Of a DNA stretch of 64,000 bases, positions 22,568 through 33,013 are shown piece by piece. Every line of letters starts with the position of its first letter. Position 1 is the stretch's first letter. A program made the translations under genes and the position numbers. This stretch comes from Patescibacteria group bacterium (lineage in GTDB: Bacteria; Patescibacteriota; JACPGU01): NCBI GenBank assembly GCA_041675145.1, contig JBAYUK010000002.1:280530-344529 (forward strand), read 5' to 3'. Under the pieces are notes generated by a model. It was not told the origin of the DNA. It worked only from the letters and a program-made list of their open reading frames with translations, and searched no databases.

Positions 22568-23350
22568 ATGCCAGATATAGACCCAATAAAAACACAGGAA
22601 GAGGTAAGCACTACTAAGCCATACGCACGTCCTCCATTGCTACCGCACTGGATCCGTCGCGAGATGGCTATTTTTGGTGGTATGTTCATAGAGAGCGCGA
22701 AGTTCATCTTCGTGAGTCTTGCAGTGTTTATTACGATCTACGGTATCATTAACGGTCCAGCGGTCTGGAACAATGTTCGTTGGTGGTGGTATGTAAACTA
22801 TGCCAAAGACCATACCGGTAGTTGGTGGGGGATTAAGCTTCCTACTGTTGGCGAGAGTGCAGAACCAAACCACACGCTCTTTATTCCAAAGATTGGCGTA
22901 GAAGCACCGGTAGTATATGCAGAGACCAAGATTACTTCAGAAATAGACCAACTTCTTCTTAAAGGAGTAGTGCACTATGCAGATACAGCCTACCCTGGTC
23001 AGCGCGGTAATGTGTTTATTACCGGGCACTCTTCATTTTACTGGTGGAGTAAGGGTGAATATAACAATGTCTTTAGTATCTTAGATAAGCTGGTAGTTGG
23101 GGACGTTGCATATATTAACTTCAACAATGTACGCTACACATATAAGGTAGAGGACATAAAAGTGGTATCACCAAAAGAAATATCAGTCCTCGAACAAGGT
23201 GATGACTCAATCCTAACGCTTATGACATGTACGCCAGTTGGTACTAACTACCGTCGTTTAATAGTTCGTTTCAAACAGACGAGTCCTGACCCAAAAAACA
23301 ATACGGGGCGTAAAACGCCACCGCAACTGCCAAAGACACCGATAAACTAA
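22568..23350 (+). CDS. Sortase family transpeptidase
   Basis: N-terminal TM, IPKIGV, GVVHY..PG..GN..ITGHS, LTLMTC.P..R catalytic His/Cys/Arg. Confidence 0.92.
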   Translation: MPDIDPIKTQEEVSTTKPYARPPLLPHWIRREMAIFGGMFIESAKFIFVSLAVFITIYGIINGPAVWNNVRWWWYVNYAKDHTGSWWGIKLPTVGESAEPNHTLFIPKIGVEAPVVYAETKITSEIDQLLLKGVVHYADTAYPGQRGNVFITGHSSFYWWSKGEYNNVFSILDKLVVGDVAYINFNNVRYTYKVEDIKVVSPKEISVLEQGDDSILTLMTCTPVGTNYRRLIVRFKQTSPDPKNNTGRKTPPQLPKTPIN

Positions 23351-23357
23351 AGTCTTA

Positions 23358-24755
23358 CTAGGGGAGTAGTGTGAATCTTTCAACTACCGTCTTTCCTTTT
23401 GTGTTTGAGATAGTAACAACGGTGTTGTCATCGGCTATGAAGAACCCAGAGAGATCATCGAAGTTTGCAATAACGGTATCATTGGTACCGTTATTTTTTA
23501 TCATTTTAAGTTGGTTGTTACGATTACGATACACAATATACGGAGTTCCATCGTACATCTCAGGGTTTTGTATTGCCTGGTTAAAATGAGTAAGTAGTTT
23601 CTTTTCTTTTTTATCAAAACTGTACTGCCACAATTCACCTGATGCTTCCTTAAAATAGTAGAGAGCGTTGTACTTAGCAGAGTAGGTAACGGTTGTCACA
23701 TCGGTATCTACACTATAGGCGCGAGTTGGGTTAAGATCTGTTACGAGGTTGCCTGCTGCAATATACGCACTATTGTTCTTATCAAAGTACTGTAGAGATA
23801 GATTAGTGGGTGGATAGATGCTTGCATCTGTTACTACCTGTGTGTTGTCGGAATCAAAAGAAAGTTTCTTGTAGGTTTTTGTATTTTCCACGAAGTATGA
23901 AATGCCTGAGTCGTCTTGTGAGTACCAGGTAATATTCTGATCTACTGGTGTGGTGGTACGGTTTGCGGTATCTAGTTTGAAAAGAGTATCAGATGTTCCA
24001 GTGTGGGAAATAGCGTAGATCATGTTGTTGTTACTGTGGGTGAAGAATACTTTTTCAATAGTTGGGAAGAATGAAAAATCATTCTTAATTGAACGAACGG
24101 TTGGCGTGTTGTCGGTTGAGATAACGAGTACATCACGACTTGGCGTAGCGTCTACCACAAGAGCTAGCGTACGATCATCTTCGTTCCATGTGAGTTCGTG
24201 GATAATCACACCTGGCTTAATAGGGAGGGTAATAACCTGTTGACCTTTTGAGTTGAAGTCAAAGACGACGAGTTCTGTTTGAGACCTGACATAGGCCATC
24301 TTTCTTTTGCTCGGTGAGACAGCGTAGTTAATAATTGAATCCTCTAATATTCTCTCAGGCTCTAGCTTTTGAGAGATAAAGACAATAGGTTCCACTTTGG
24401 TTATGAGTTCTGGCTGAATGGTAACTTCCTCTGAATAGGGTAGGAAACCGTTTTTAACAATAGTAAGGTGGTACTGGCCTGGGATAAGCACGAGACTTGC
24501 AGAACTTGGGATAAAGTTCGGTAGGTTGCTGGTTTTTACGTCAGCTACCTTGCCATCAATTAAAACCTGCGCATCAGTAGTGTAGTTATTGATGACCAAA
24601 AGGCCAGTCTTTTTAAGGGTTCTTGTCTTTACATCGAGGCGGTAGCCTGAAGCATAGTAAATAAGACTGACAGCAATCAGACAGAAGACGATAAACAGTA
24701 TGATGTAGAGGATAGCTCGCAGTATTTTACGAGCCAGGCTAACGGGTTTTTTCAT
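23358..24755 (-). CDS. Membrane-anchored PEGA-domain protein with a probable beta-propeller
   Basis: TM-YYASGYR, KTGLL.I, PGQYHLTI.K.GF, then beta-rich repeats. Confidence 0.7.
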   Translation of the reverse strand: MKKPVSLARKILRAILYIILFIVFCLIAVSLIYYASGYRLDVKTRTLKKTGLLVINNYTTDAQVLIDGKVADVKTSNLPNFIPSSASLVLIPGQYHLTIVKNGFLPYSEEVTIQPELITKVEPIVFISQKLEPERILEDSIINYAVSPSKRKMAYVRSQTELVVFDFNSKGQQVITLPIKPGVIIHELTWNEDDRTLALVVDATPSRDVLVISTDNTPTVRSIKNDFSFFPTIEKVFFTHSNNNMIYAISHTGTSDTLFKLDTANRTTTPVDQNITWYSQDDSGISYFVENTKTYKKLSFDSDNTQVVTDASIYPPTNLSLQYFDKNNSAYIAAGNLVTDLNPTRAYSVDTDVTTVTYSAKYNALYYFKEASGELWQYSFDKKEKKLLTHFNQAIQNPEMYDGTPYIVYRNRNNQLKMIKNNGTNDTVIANFDDLSGFFIADDNTVVTISNTKGKTVVERFTLLP

Positions 24756-24819
24756 TGATATATATTATATCATAGAGTCTCTTTGCGACCAACTCACAGA
24801 TAGGGTATACTCATACTAT

Positions 24820-25965
24820 ATGGAGAAAAGACCAGTTATAGGCTATGACGCGAGCCGGATATCTATAAAAATGAAAACAGGAGTAGAGTTTTATGCTACT
24901 CAGCTTTTTCGTGGCTTACAAAAGGTAGATACTGAGCACGACTACTTAGTATATACACCGAGTGCTTCCGATCCTGAGTTTTCAAACCTTGCGCCTCATT
25001 GGAAGTTGCGTGTTATTCCTATGAAGTATTTATGGTCTCAGATTCGTCTAGCGCTGCAGCTAACTCGTGATAAGCCAGACTTTCTGTTTGTCCCAGCAGC
25101 GGCAATGCCGTTTTTAACCACTACTCCAGTAGTAACTGCAATTCATGACGTAGCGTTCTGGCACTTTCCAGAAAGCTACTCACCGTTTTCTCGCTGGTAT
25201 TTAGACATTGCTACTCGAGTGGCAGTAAAACGAGCGATACATATTGTAACTATTTCGCACTCAACAAAGCACGACTTAATTCGTCTCTACGACGCTGATC
25301 CAGAAAAGATTTCTGTTATCTATTTGGGATTTGAAACGGGTATTGAAAAAAAGTTTCTGGATAATCGTACGTGGAGCAATATCTCAGAGAAGTTTGGTAT
25401 TACCAAGCCGTACTTTGTGACAGTCGGACGAGTAGAGCGCAAAAAAAATGTAGCACAACTGGTCAAAGCTTTTTACCAGGTATTATCTGCCGGGCATGAT
25501 ATGCAGTTGGTGATAGCTGGTAAGTCGGGACATGGGTATGAGGAAATAAAAGCAATTATAGATCACTACAATATTGCAGATCGTGTGGTAGTAACTGGGT
25601 ATGTTACTGAAGAAGAGAAGAGATATCTCATGCACTACGCCAAAGCATTTGTTTTTGTGCCAATAGCCGAAGGATTTGGTATTCCAATCTTAGAAGCCTT
25701 TGCGGCAGGACTGCCAGTAGTAGCCAGTGACATTCCTGTTTTCCGTGAGTTATATGAAGGGGGAGTATTCTTTGCGAAGCCGCGGGATACTGAAATGATT
25801 GCGCAACAAATGATGCTGGTCATAGACCGCCCAGAGCGCAACCGCGAGATGCAACTGCGCCGTCGTGAAATTATGCAGATGTTCACCTGGGATCAATGTA
25901 CACGGGGAACATACGACCTCTTCAAAGAAGTAATTACAGCACTCAAAGAAAGACACCAGCCCTAG
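24820..25965 (+). CDS. Glycosyltransferase family 4
   Basis: IHDV, VGRVERKKN, EGFGIPILEAFAAGLPVVASDIP. Confidence 0.93.
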   Translation: MEKRPVIGYDASRISIKMKTGVEFYATQLFRGLQKVDTEHDYLVYTPSASDPEFSNLAPHWKLRVIPMKYLWSQIRLALQLTRDKPDFLFVPAAAMPFLTTTPVVTAIHDVAFWHFPESYSPFSRWYLDIATRVAVKRAIHIVTISHSTKHDLIRLYDADPEKISVIYLGFETGIEKKFLDNRTWSNISEKFGITKPYFVTVGRVERKKNVAQLVKAFYQVLSAGHDMQLVIAGKSGHGYEEIKAIIDHYNIADRVVVTGYVTEEEKRYLMHYAKAFVFVPIAEGFGIPILEAFAAGLPVVASDIPVFRELYEGGVFFAKPRDTEMIAQQMMLVIDRPERNREMQLRRREIMQMFTWDQCTRGTYDLFKEVITALKERHQP

Positions 25966-25977
25966 GGCTGGTGTCTT
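25950..25977. repeat. Perfect 28-bp palindrome containing the stop codons of both convergent genes
   Basis: aagacaccagccct|agggctggtgtctt. Confidence 0.9.
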
Positions 25978-26624
25978 GTTGTGTACTTGTTCTTTTCTGC
26001 GCGCCTTAAGAGCCTCTTTTCTTTTTTGTGCGCTAGGTATCGTGTAGTGTGGTTGATGATACTCGGAATAAAGGAAATAAAGAGAATACCGATAACAATT
26101 AAGAAGAGGTACTTCTCGATAGTGTCAGTTGAAAGCTGGCTCCCAAAGAAGTATCCAAGAAGAGTAAAAATAGTTACCCAAATGAAGGCCCCGATTCCGG
26201 CAAAAAGAACAAACGGCAGGCGTTTCATTTTAGTTGACCCAGCAATAAAGGGACCAAAGGTACCAAGACCCGGGATAAAGCGAGAGAACAACATAACGCG
26301 TGGTCCGAACTTTTCGAAGAAGTCTTGAATAGAGCGTAGTTGTTTCTGATTTAAGAACAACAAGCGGTGACGAGTTAAAAACCGATGACCATAGCGGCTC
26401 CCAAATTCGTACCCGAGGTTATCTCCCACCATTGCACCTACACCCATAACCACAATCAAAATTGAGAGAGTAAAAAAATGCTGAGAGGCCAGAAGCCCTG
26501 CCGTAAAGAGGAGAGTATCTCCCGGTATTAAAAAACCGGCAAAAAGACCAGATCCTGCAAAGATAGCAGCAAAAAGTCCGATGTACCTTAGGGATACAAT
26601 GAGACCAAGTAAATCGAATGTCAT
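25962..26624 (-). CDS. dedA: DedA/SNARE-associated membrane protein
   Basis: GFLIPGDTLLF.AG, GDNLGY..G, RFIP; start reassigned to ATG 26624. Confidence 0.9.
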   Translation of the reverse strand: MTFDLLGLIVSLRYIGLFAAIFAGSGLFAGFLIPGDTLLFTAGLLASQHFFTLSILIVVMGVGAMVGDNLGYEFGSRYGHRFLTRHRLLFLNQKQLRSIQDFFEKFGPRVMLFSRFIPGLGTFGPFIAGSTKMKRLPFVLFAGIGAFIWVTIFTLLGYFFGSQLSTDTIEKYLFLIVIGILFISFIPSIINHTTRYLAHKKEKRLLRRAEKNKYTTRHQP

Positions 26625-26830
26625 ATAGCTATAATAAGTCTTTGTTTCGAAATAACAAGTATAAGATATGCACATATTTGATTTTTCTTTTAATCTATGC
26701 TATTTTTTAAGTAAACCTCTTGACAGGTATCGATCTTTAAAAACTGCACAGTACATCTTGTTTCAAGGCATCGAGAAAGTGAGACGATGCTTTTAAAGAA
26801 GAACTCAAAAAAGGAAAAAGGAGGTGGGAT

Positions 26831-28816
26831 ATGACCCACTTGCAAACAAATATCACACGAGTCGTATTTTTACTCGTGCTCTTGTGTTCTGTAAAGCCAG
26901 CGCACGCGCTCAACTGTAACCTGGACGGAGTAGGGGGGTCTCTCCCTACTGTCTCGGATTCAGAACAGCTACTTTCCTGGATTATGGACAACTCCTGGAC
27001 TCAGTGTCTCTCTGGAAAATGCAACTTTGACCAGAGGGTCGGAGGAGACCTTGCAGACGTAGGGGATGTTTCAAGGCTAGTAGAGATTGCTGCTTCAGGG
27101 TCAGATCCAAATGGTATCTGTATCCAGCCGGTAGTAAACCAACCACCGGTAGTTTCATCTCTTACCTTCAGCCAGAACCTGGTGAACGAAAACGCCAGGA
27201 ACTTTTCAGCACAAGCCTCAGACCCAGAGGGGACCGTGGTGTCCTGCGAGCTAACCTGCTATGCAGGAGCACCCACGTTTACCAACTTGGACTGCGAAAT
27301 TGGAGCAACCTGCACCTATCCAGGTACGGGGAGTTACATTTCAACACTCTCTGCTAAAGACCGAGATGGTGTCGTAAGTTCTGTGGTAACAGCAAGTGTT
27401 ACCTTGTCTCAGTTCACCAACCATCCGCCGACTCTTACCGGTTCAATTTGCACTGCCACTAGTGGTGATGCGGTTTTCCAAACCCAGTGTTATGCGACGG
27501 GGCAAGCAGACTCGGATGGTGACGTAGTTACCTGTACGACATCGTGCGGGAACGGAGATACGCCAACGCAAAACGTTTCTTGCTCACAACCTGTGGCATG
27601 CACCTATCTAGATGCCGGCACCTACACTGTCACTACTACTCCTTACGACAGCCACGGGCAAGTAGGACAAAGTAGAACAACTTCAGTTACCGTAAACTCT
27701 GGGACAAACAACCAGTTTTGCGGTAATAGCACTACAGACTCAGGGGAAACCTGTGACGACGGCAACGCCATCACTGAGTCTTGCACCTATGGCCTGACTT
27801 CATGTTCGGTGTGCAACGCAACCTGCCAACAAGTAGCAGGAAACACCGCGTATTGCAGTAACCACATCGTGGACGCACAAGAACAATGCGATGATGGCAA
27901 CGCACTGAGCAATGACGGGTGTTCTAACACCTGCCAAAACGAGATTCCATCGTATACCACACCGTCCTTTACTTTGAAGTTTGGTGGAGGAATCCTCAAC
28001 AACCCCAGAGACCTGGATATTGATCCGGCAACTGGCAATGTTGCGGTGCCTGACTCAAACAACCACCGTGTTGTGTTCTTTAACCCGAATACCGGCGCGG
28101 TAGTTTCAACACTAGGACCATCTATCCCAGGAACCAACAGCCTTGTGTTTCCAGAATCCATCTGTTTCAGCCCCGTCTCTTCTAGGTTTGCAATTGTAGA
28201 CCAAGGAAACTCACGGGTAGTAGTGATGAGTTCTTCAATACAGCTCTCACATATCGTTGGAAGTTTTGGACAAGGCGATGGCGAATTCGACCAGCCGGAA
28301 GGCTGTGTGTTTGATAGGAACGAGAACTTGTATATTGTGGATGACACAGATAGGGTCGACGAAGTCGTTAATCATAGAGTTGAAAAGTTCAACCCTATCG
28401 GGGTGTACCAAAACTCATGGGGAAGACGCGGAGTCCAGCCTGGAGAGTTTAGGGGTCCAAGAGGTATTGCAGTAGATGCCGAAGGGCTGTTATACGTTAC
28501 GGACTTAGAAAACAACAGGATTCAGAAGTTTACTCAAGATGGCACTTCGGTGCGATTTTGGGATGGAACTTTCTTTCTTCCGGTGAATCAACCAGCCTAT
28601 GTTGCGGTTGATGCGAATGATCGCATTTACGCAGTGGAGTTTGGTTTAAGCCAGATTCGTTCTTGGACGCAGTCAGGAGTTGACGCCCACACGATTGGAT
28701 CCATAGGAGATGGAGATGGTCAGTTCCATGACACAGTTGGAATAGGGGTTACGCCAAATGGAGTAATCTTTACTTCTGACTTCACAAGAGACGACATCCA
28801 AAAATTCAGTCCCTAG
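26831..28816 (+). CDS. Secreted modular protein: dockerin-like pair, PKD/Ig-like domains, myxococcal-type Cys-rich repeats, NHL beta-propeller
   Basis: Signal peptide (PAHA), CGN...E.CDDGN and EQCDDGN..NDGCS..C, NHL repeats (PRGIAVD..LYVTD..NNRIQKF). Confidence 0.8.
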   Translation: MTHLQTNITRVVFLLVLLCSVKPAHALNCNLDGVGGSLPTVSDSEQLLSWIMDNSWTQCLSGKCNFDQRVGGDLADVGDVSRLVEIAASGSDPNGICIQPVVNQPPVVSSLTFSQNLVNENARNFSAQASDPEGTVVSCELTCYAGAPTFTNLDCEIGATCTYPGTGSYISTLSAKDRDGVVSSVVTASVTLSQFTNHPPTLTGSICTATSGDAVFQTQCYATGQADSDGDVVTCTTSCGNGDTPTQNVSCSQPVACTYLDAGTYTVTTTPYDSHGQVGQSRTTSVTVNSGTNNQFCGNSTTDSGETCDDGNAITESCTYGLTSCSVCNATCQQVAGNTAYCSNHIVDAQEQCDDGNALSNDGCSNTCQNEIPSYTTPSFTLKFGGGILNNPRDLDIDPATGNVAVPDSNNHRVVFFNPNTGAVVSTLGPSIPGTNSLVFPESICFSPVSSRFAIVDQGNSRVVVMSSSIQLSHIVGSFGQGDGEFDQPEGCVFDRNENLYIVDDTDRVDEVVNHRVEKFNPIGVYQNSWGRRGVQPGEFRGPRGIAVDAEGLLYVTDLENNRIQKFTQDGTSVRFWDGTFFLPVNQPAYVAVDANDRIYAVEFGLSQIRSWTQSGVDAHTIGSIGDGDGQFHDTVGIGVTPNGVIFTSDFTRDDIQKFSP

Positions 28817-28843
28817 AAAGGGGAGTAAATAACAAAAAAAGAA

Positions 28844-28874
28844 CGGGCGGTCCATTTGGACCGCCCGCTTTTGT
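28844..28874. terminator. Intrinsic terminator between convergent genes
   Basis: cgggcggtcc-attt-ggaccgcccg with flanking A and T runs. Confidence 0.8.
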
Positions 28875-28876
28875 TT

Positions 28877-29839
28877 CTATTTCGTAAGTGCGCTTTCACT
28901 ATATATTACGTTGTCGAAGATGCTGATAATGTTTCCAGATGTGCGATCAAGTGTGGCTGTTATTTTCCTCGCAACACCACCGTAGTATCCAACAGACTCA
29001 ATGTTGGTAACAGGGGAGCCGAGAAGATTTGAAGTCGAGCTACTGCTGATATTTAGGTTTATAGACGGTACTGGTAATCCTGGGGTAACGTTCGGTGCTC
29101 CTTGATCTTCGTTTGTGCTTTTTACTACGTTCCAGGGCTTGATGCGAAATATCTTCTTACCCGATCCAACTTGGTTTTGTAGTAGTATTTTTTTTGAGTC
29201 TACCGTTCTAGTAAAGAATCTGCCGAGTGGAGGAGGAATAATACTGCCGTCACTGTTATATCCAATTATCTCAACCCTCATCCCTGTATTTGCAGGAGTA
29301 TTTAGTGAACTCCAATCAAGAGTTACGTCACTAGTCATATTCGGAACCTCAAGTTCATATACCTCATCTTTTTTTACAACTTGATTCGCAATTACTGGTT
29401 GTTTGTACCACATACGTACGCCGTAGTAGCGCGTATTGCTGTTACGGTTATTTGAGCAGGTTGTAGCTGGTATACGCTGACTGTTATCTAGGTTTACGCA
29501 TCGAGGTGTATTGTTTCTGTTTCCAGTGAATTGAGCTGCGGGTACTTCCGGTCCGATAACATTAGTACTATCTGCACTAGTATCTTTGTCGTTCTCATCA
29601 GATATCTCAGTAGGGGAGTTGCTACTAACTGCATCCCGCCATTCTAGTAGTGCATCTTCTAACCCTGCTTCAGCTGCATAGTAGGCTATCATACTGTTAT
29701 CTATACGAGTAGCGTTACGGATTTCATCTACCATCTCACGAGAAAAAGCCGTGACAGACACGAGCATGATAGCTGAGATGATGAGGGTGATAAGGAGTGC
29801 AACACCTCGTTCAGATTGTCTTGATGTTTGTTTTAACAT
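28877..29839 (-). CDS. PilX-like type IV minor pilin
   Basis: Prepilin cleavage site ERG|VALLITLII and AYYAAEAG.E.AL motif; start reassigned to ATG 29839. Confidence 0.85.
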   Translation of the reverse strand: MLKQTSRQSERGVALLITLIISAIMLVSVTAFSREMVDEIRNATRIDNSMIAYYAAEAGLEDALLEWRDAVSSNSPTEISDENDKDTSADSTNVIGPEVPAAQFTGNRNNTPRCVNLDNSQRIPATTCSNNRNSNTRYYGVRMWYKQPVIANQVVKKDEVYELEVPNMTSDVTLDWSSLNTPANTGMRVEIIGYNSDGSIIPPPLGRFFTRTVDSKKILLQNQVGSGKKIFRIKPWNVVKSTNEDQGAPNVTPGLPVPSINLNISSSSTSNLLGSPVTNIESVGYYGGVARKITATLDRTSGNIISIFDNVIYSESALTK

Positions 29840-29889
29840 ATTAAGATCATTGTAGCGGTTTGCACACAGAGAGGCAAGCACGCAAAAGA

Positions 29890-29921
29890 AACAAAAAAAC
29901 AACCCCATGACGATGGAGTTG
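29890..29921 (-). terminator. Intrinsic terminator after the Cys-rich gene
   Basis: Minus strand aaacaactccat-cgtc-atggggttgttttttt. Confidence 0.7.
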
Positions 29922-29945
29922 TTTGAAGAGATTTTTCGTTTGAAA

Positions 29946-30611
29946 TCAGTTGAGAGGTTTGGTGTCGTGGCAGTTGCCACAATACGGCTTGCCCTCTGAA
30001 CTGTGATGGCGAATCTTGAGTTTAGTTTTGCAACCAGTGCATGGTGCGCGTTTTGCTTCATTTCCGTCGTAGCAAGGGCGGCATAGGTCTGCTTTTGTTC
30101 CTGGTCCTTTTTGTGATCTATACATTAGAAACGCAGACTCCTTACAGGAGACACATATGCCGTTGAAAAACTCCTTTTTGTTGACGAGGCATTTTGTGCA
30201 TACCTTCTTCTTCCCTGAATTCGTTTCAACTGTTCTTACCTGTGATATCGTGGAAAAATTTTTACACGAGATACACTGTACCAGGTTGGCTTTAGCGTAG
30301 CAGGTGAAGCAGGTCTTAAGCCTCCGCCCTTCTTTACTGATGCTGTAGCTGCCGACTGGGTTGTTGTTGCAAGCCTGGCAGAGTTGAGAGTAAGAGTGTG
30401 GTTCAGAAGGGAAGTGTTCCAGGCAGTAGAATCGCTTGTTTTTTGCCGAGTAAGAGATTGTTTCGCCGGTAGCAAAGCATCGGGAGCATCGCTTCTCCAC
30501 TTGAAGTAGCGCCATAGGTGGGAACACCTTGCGGCGAGGGTGGACTGGTTCCAAGATGACCACAGTTGGGTCGGTTGGTGGTGGTTCTGATATCCCTGTT
30601 AAAGTGCTCAC
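29946..30611 (-). CDS. Cys-rich multi zinc-ribbon protein
   Basis: Nine CxxC motifs plus one CxxH; GTG start preceded by AGGAG; downstream terminator. Confidence 0.7.
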   Translation of the reverse strand: MSTLTGISEPPPTDPTVVILEPVHPRRKVFPPMALLQVEKRCSRCFATGETISYSAKNKRFYCLEHFPSEPHSYSQLCQACNNNPVGSYSISKEGRRLKTCFTCYAKANLVQCISCKNFSTISQVRTVETNSGKKKVCTKCLVNKKEFFNGICVSCKESAFLMYRSQKGPGTKADLCRPCYDGNEAKRAPCTGCKTKLKIRHHSSEGKPYCGNCHDTKPLN

Positions 30612-30823
30612 TGTTCACGCTCCTTGTGTATTTTTTGGAAAGTTTATTGTAAACCAAAATAATACTTTATTCAATAGTAAATAACTTCTATATAAGCATA
30701 AGTGAGCTGTTTGCTGATATAGGATGTTTGAATAGATGTAAAGTAATTACCTACTTACTAATAACATTTCCACTGGGTAGTTTATTTGGTATAATAAGCG
30801 TTATAACATCTCATGGATAGTAA

Positions 30824-32374
30824 ATGTTAAAGGTAAAAAAAGAGCAAAAATCTGAACCACTTGAGAAACAGCTTTTTAAAGCGGCGGATAAGCTTCGTAA
30901 GAATATTGATGCAGCAGAGTACAAGAATATTGTGCTTGGTTTGATTTTTTTGAAATATATCTCTGATTCGTTTGAAGAGAAATACAGACAGCTGACACTA
31001 GAAAAAGAACAGGGAACTGGAGCCGATCCAGAAAGTATCGACGAATATCGAGCTGAGAATGTGTTCTTTGTACCAACCGAGGCACGTTGGCAGTATCTCC
31101 ATGGTCGCTCAAAGCTCCCATCTATTGGTGAAGATCTTGATAAGGCCATGGAATCAATCGAGAAAATCAACCCAACGCTCAAAGGTATCTTGCCAAAGGT
31201 ATTTGCTCGCCCAAATCTGGACAAAGCAGCGCTTGGCGGACTGATTGACCTCGTGAGCGATATCGCGCTCGGTGACGAGGAAGCCAAATCAAAAGATATT
31301 CTTGGTCGAGTCTATGAATATTTTCTTGGTGAGTTTGCCAATGCCGAAGGAAAAAAGGGAGGGCAGTTTTATACCCCAAAATCGATCGTGAAGCTGATGG
31401 TTGAAATGATTGAACCATACAAGGGCCGCATCTATGACCCGTGTTGTGGTAGTGGCGGCATGTTTATTATGTCGGAAAAATTTGTGCAGTCTCATGCAGG
31501 CCGTATTGATGACCTTGCTATCTATGGGCAGGAGAGTAATCAAACGACCTATCGTCTCGCTCGAATGAACCTAGCGATTCGCGGCATTGATGGATCGGGT
31601 GTGAAATGGAACACCGAAGGATCGTTTCTCAAGGACGAGCACAAAGATCTCAAAGCAGATTTTATTCTCGCCAACCCACCGTTTAACGTTTCCGATTGGA
31701 GCGGGGAGTTGCTACAAACTGATCCACGTTGGCAATATGGCAAACCACCAGCAGGCAATGCGAACTTTGCTTGGTTACAACATATGGTCTATCATCTCTC
31801 GCCAAATGGTATTATGGCCTGCGTGTTGGCCAATGGTTCTCTTTCATCACAATCGAGCGGGGAAGGAGAAATCAGAAAGGCACTTGTCGACGCTGATCTA
31901 GTAGATTGTATCGTCGTGCTGCCAAAGCAACTTTTTTATAACACAGGTATCCCGGCGTGTATCTGGTTTCTGTCTCGCAAACGAATTGGTAACGGTGACC
32001 GTAAGCGTACAGGTGAGATACTATTTATCGACGCGTCCGACACTGGCTATATGGCAGACCGCACTCATCGTGAGTTCACCGACGAAGATGTCACCATGAT
32101 TGCCGACACCTATCATGAATGGCGCAAAGTTGGCGGTAAATACGAAGACCAAAAGGGTTTCTCAAAATCCGCAACACTCGCTGATATCAAAAAACACAAC
32201 TATGTCCTCATCCCTGGTAGCTATGTCGGCATCAAAGCCGCCGAGGACGACGGAATATCGTTTGAAGAAAAGATGAAAAAGTTGACAGGAGAGCTGAAGG
32301 AACAGATAAAAGAGGAAGAGAGGTTAAATGAGGAGATTAAGAAGCAGCTGAATAAAATTGGAATTAAATTATAG
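30824..32374 (+). CDS. hsdM: Type I RM methyltransferase HsdM (m6A)
   Basis: [29 protein letters not shown]. Confidence 0.97.
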   Translation: MLKVKKEQKSEPLEKQLFKAADKLRKNIDAAEYKNIVLGLIFLKYISDSFEEKYRQLTLEKEQGTGADPESIDEYRAENVFFVPTEARWQYLHGRSKLPSIGEDLDKAMESIEKINPTLKGILPKVFARPNLDKAALGGLIDLVSDIALGDEEAKSKDILGRVYEYFLGEFANAEGKKGGQFYTPKSIVKLMVEMIEPYKGRIYDPCCGSGGMFIMSEKFVQSHAGRIDDLAIYGQESNQTTYRLARMNLAIRGIDGSGVKWNTEGSFLKDEHKDLKADFILANPPFNVSDWSGELLQTDPRWQYGKPPAGNANFAWLQHMVYHLSPNGIMACVLANGSLSSQSSGEGEIRKALVDADLVDCIVVLPKQLFYNTGIPACIWFLSRKRIGNGDRKRTGEILFIDASDTGYMADRTHREFTDEDVTMIADTYHEWRKVGGKYEDQKGFSKSATLADIKKHNYVLIPGSYVGIKAAEDDGISFEEKMKKLTGELKEQIKEEERLNEEIKKQLNKIGIKL

Positions 32375-32376
32375 AT

Positions 32377-33009
32377 ATGGGTTTAATCTTTACACCTCCT
32401 AAGTACCAAGCTAGTTCGTTTAATTGTCCTCACTGTAGGGCGTTTTCTCAGATGATTTGGAGTAACACCCATTATAATAGTGGAAGGTATACGGTTGATA
32501 ACCTTGAAATCTCTCACTGCTTTCACTGTAAAGACTTTTCTTTATGGCTAAATGCGAAAATGATTTACCCAGCAAAAATACTTGTAGATTCCCCAAACTC
32601 TGATTTGCCAGAAGATATAAAGAAAGACTACCTAGAAGCAGCTAGTATTTTAAGTGAGTCATCGCGTGGTTCATCTGCGTTGCTCCGTATTGCTATTGAG
32701 AAGCTGGTAAATTATCTTGGGGCATTAGGAAGTAATCTTAATGCTAAGATTGGGTTCTTGGTTTCTGATAGAAATCTTAATCCAAAGATTCAAAAATCTT
32801 TAGATGTAGTGCGGGTGATTGGAAATAATGCGGTTCATCCCGGATTGATTGATTTAACTGACGATCGCTCTACGGCAGAATTGCTTTTTAAGTTAGTAAA
32901 TATTATAGCAAAAGAAATGATAACTGAACCAAATGAAGTTGACTCAATATATAGTGAACTAGTACCAGAAAAAAATAAAATTGCGATCAAGAAGCGAGAC
33001 ACAAAATAA
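32377..33009 (+). CDS. Zn-ribbon plus DUF4145 (HEPN-like) protein
   Basis: CPHC..CFHC, DY.EA, LLR..IE, RVIGNNAVH (RxxxNxxxH). Confidence 0.8.
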   Translation: MGLIFTPPKYQASSFNCPHCRAFSQMIWSNTHYNSGRYTVDNLEISHCFHCKDFSLWLNAKMIYPAKILVDSPNSDLPEDIKKDYLEAASILSESSRGSSALLRIAIEKLVNYLGALGSNLNAKIGFLVSDRNLNPKIQKSLDVVRVIGNNAVHPGLIDLTDDRSTAELLFKLVNIIAKEMITEPNEVDSIYSELVPEKNKIAIKKRDTK

Positions 33010-33013
33010 CTAT

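Noticed and set aside
26730-26812. Hairpins upstream of the NHL protein gene (tctttaaaa/ttttaaaga, gcatcg/cgatgc) as a c-di-GMP riboswitch
   Set aside because: Lacks the GGCAAAC and GACGCAAAG conserved elements; the structure alone is too weak to call
29961-29975. CGNCH as a c-type haem attachment site
   Set aside because: No signal peptide, and it is one of many CxxC knuckles, which fit zinc binding better
28877-30061. 394-aa ORF as listed in the track
   Set aside because: The first 74 codons overlap the Cys-rich gene and its terminator; the prepilin signal places the start at 29839
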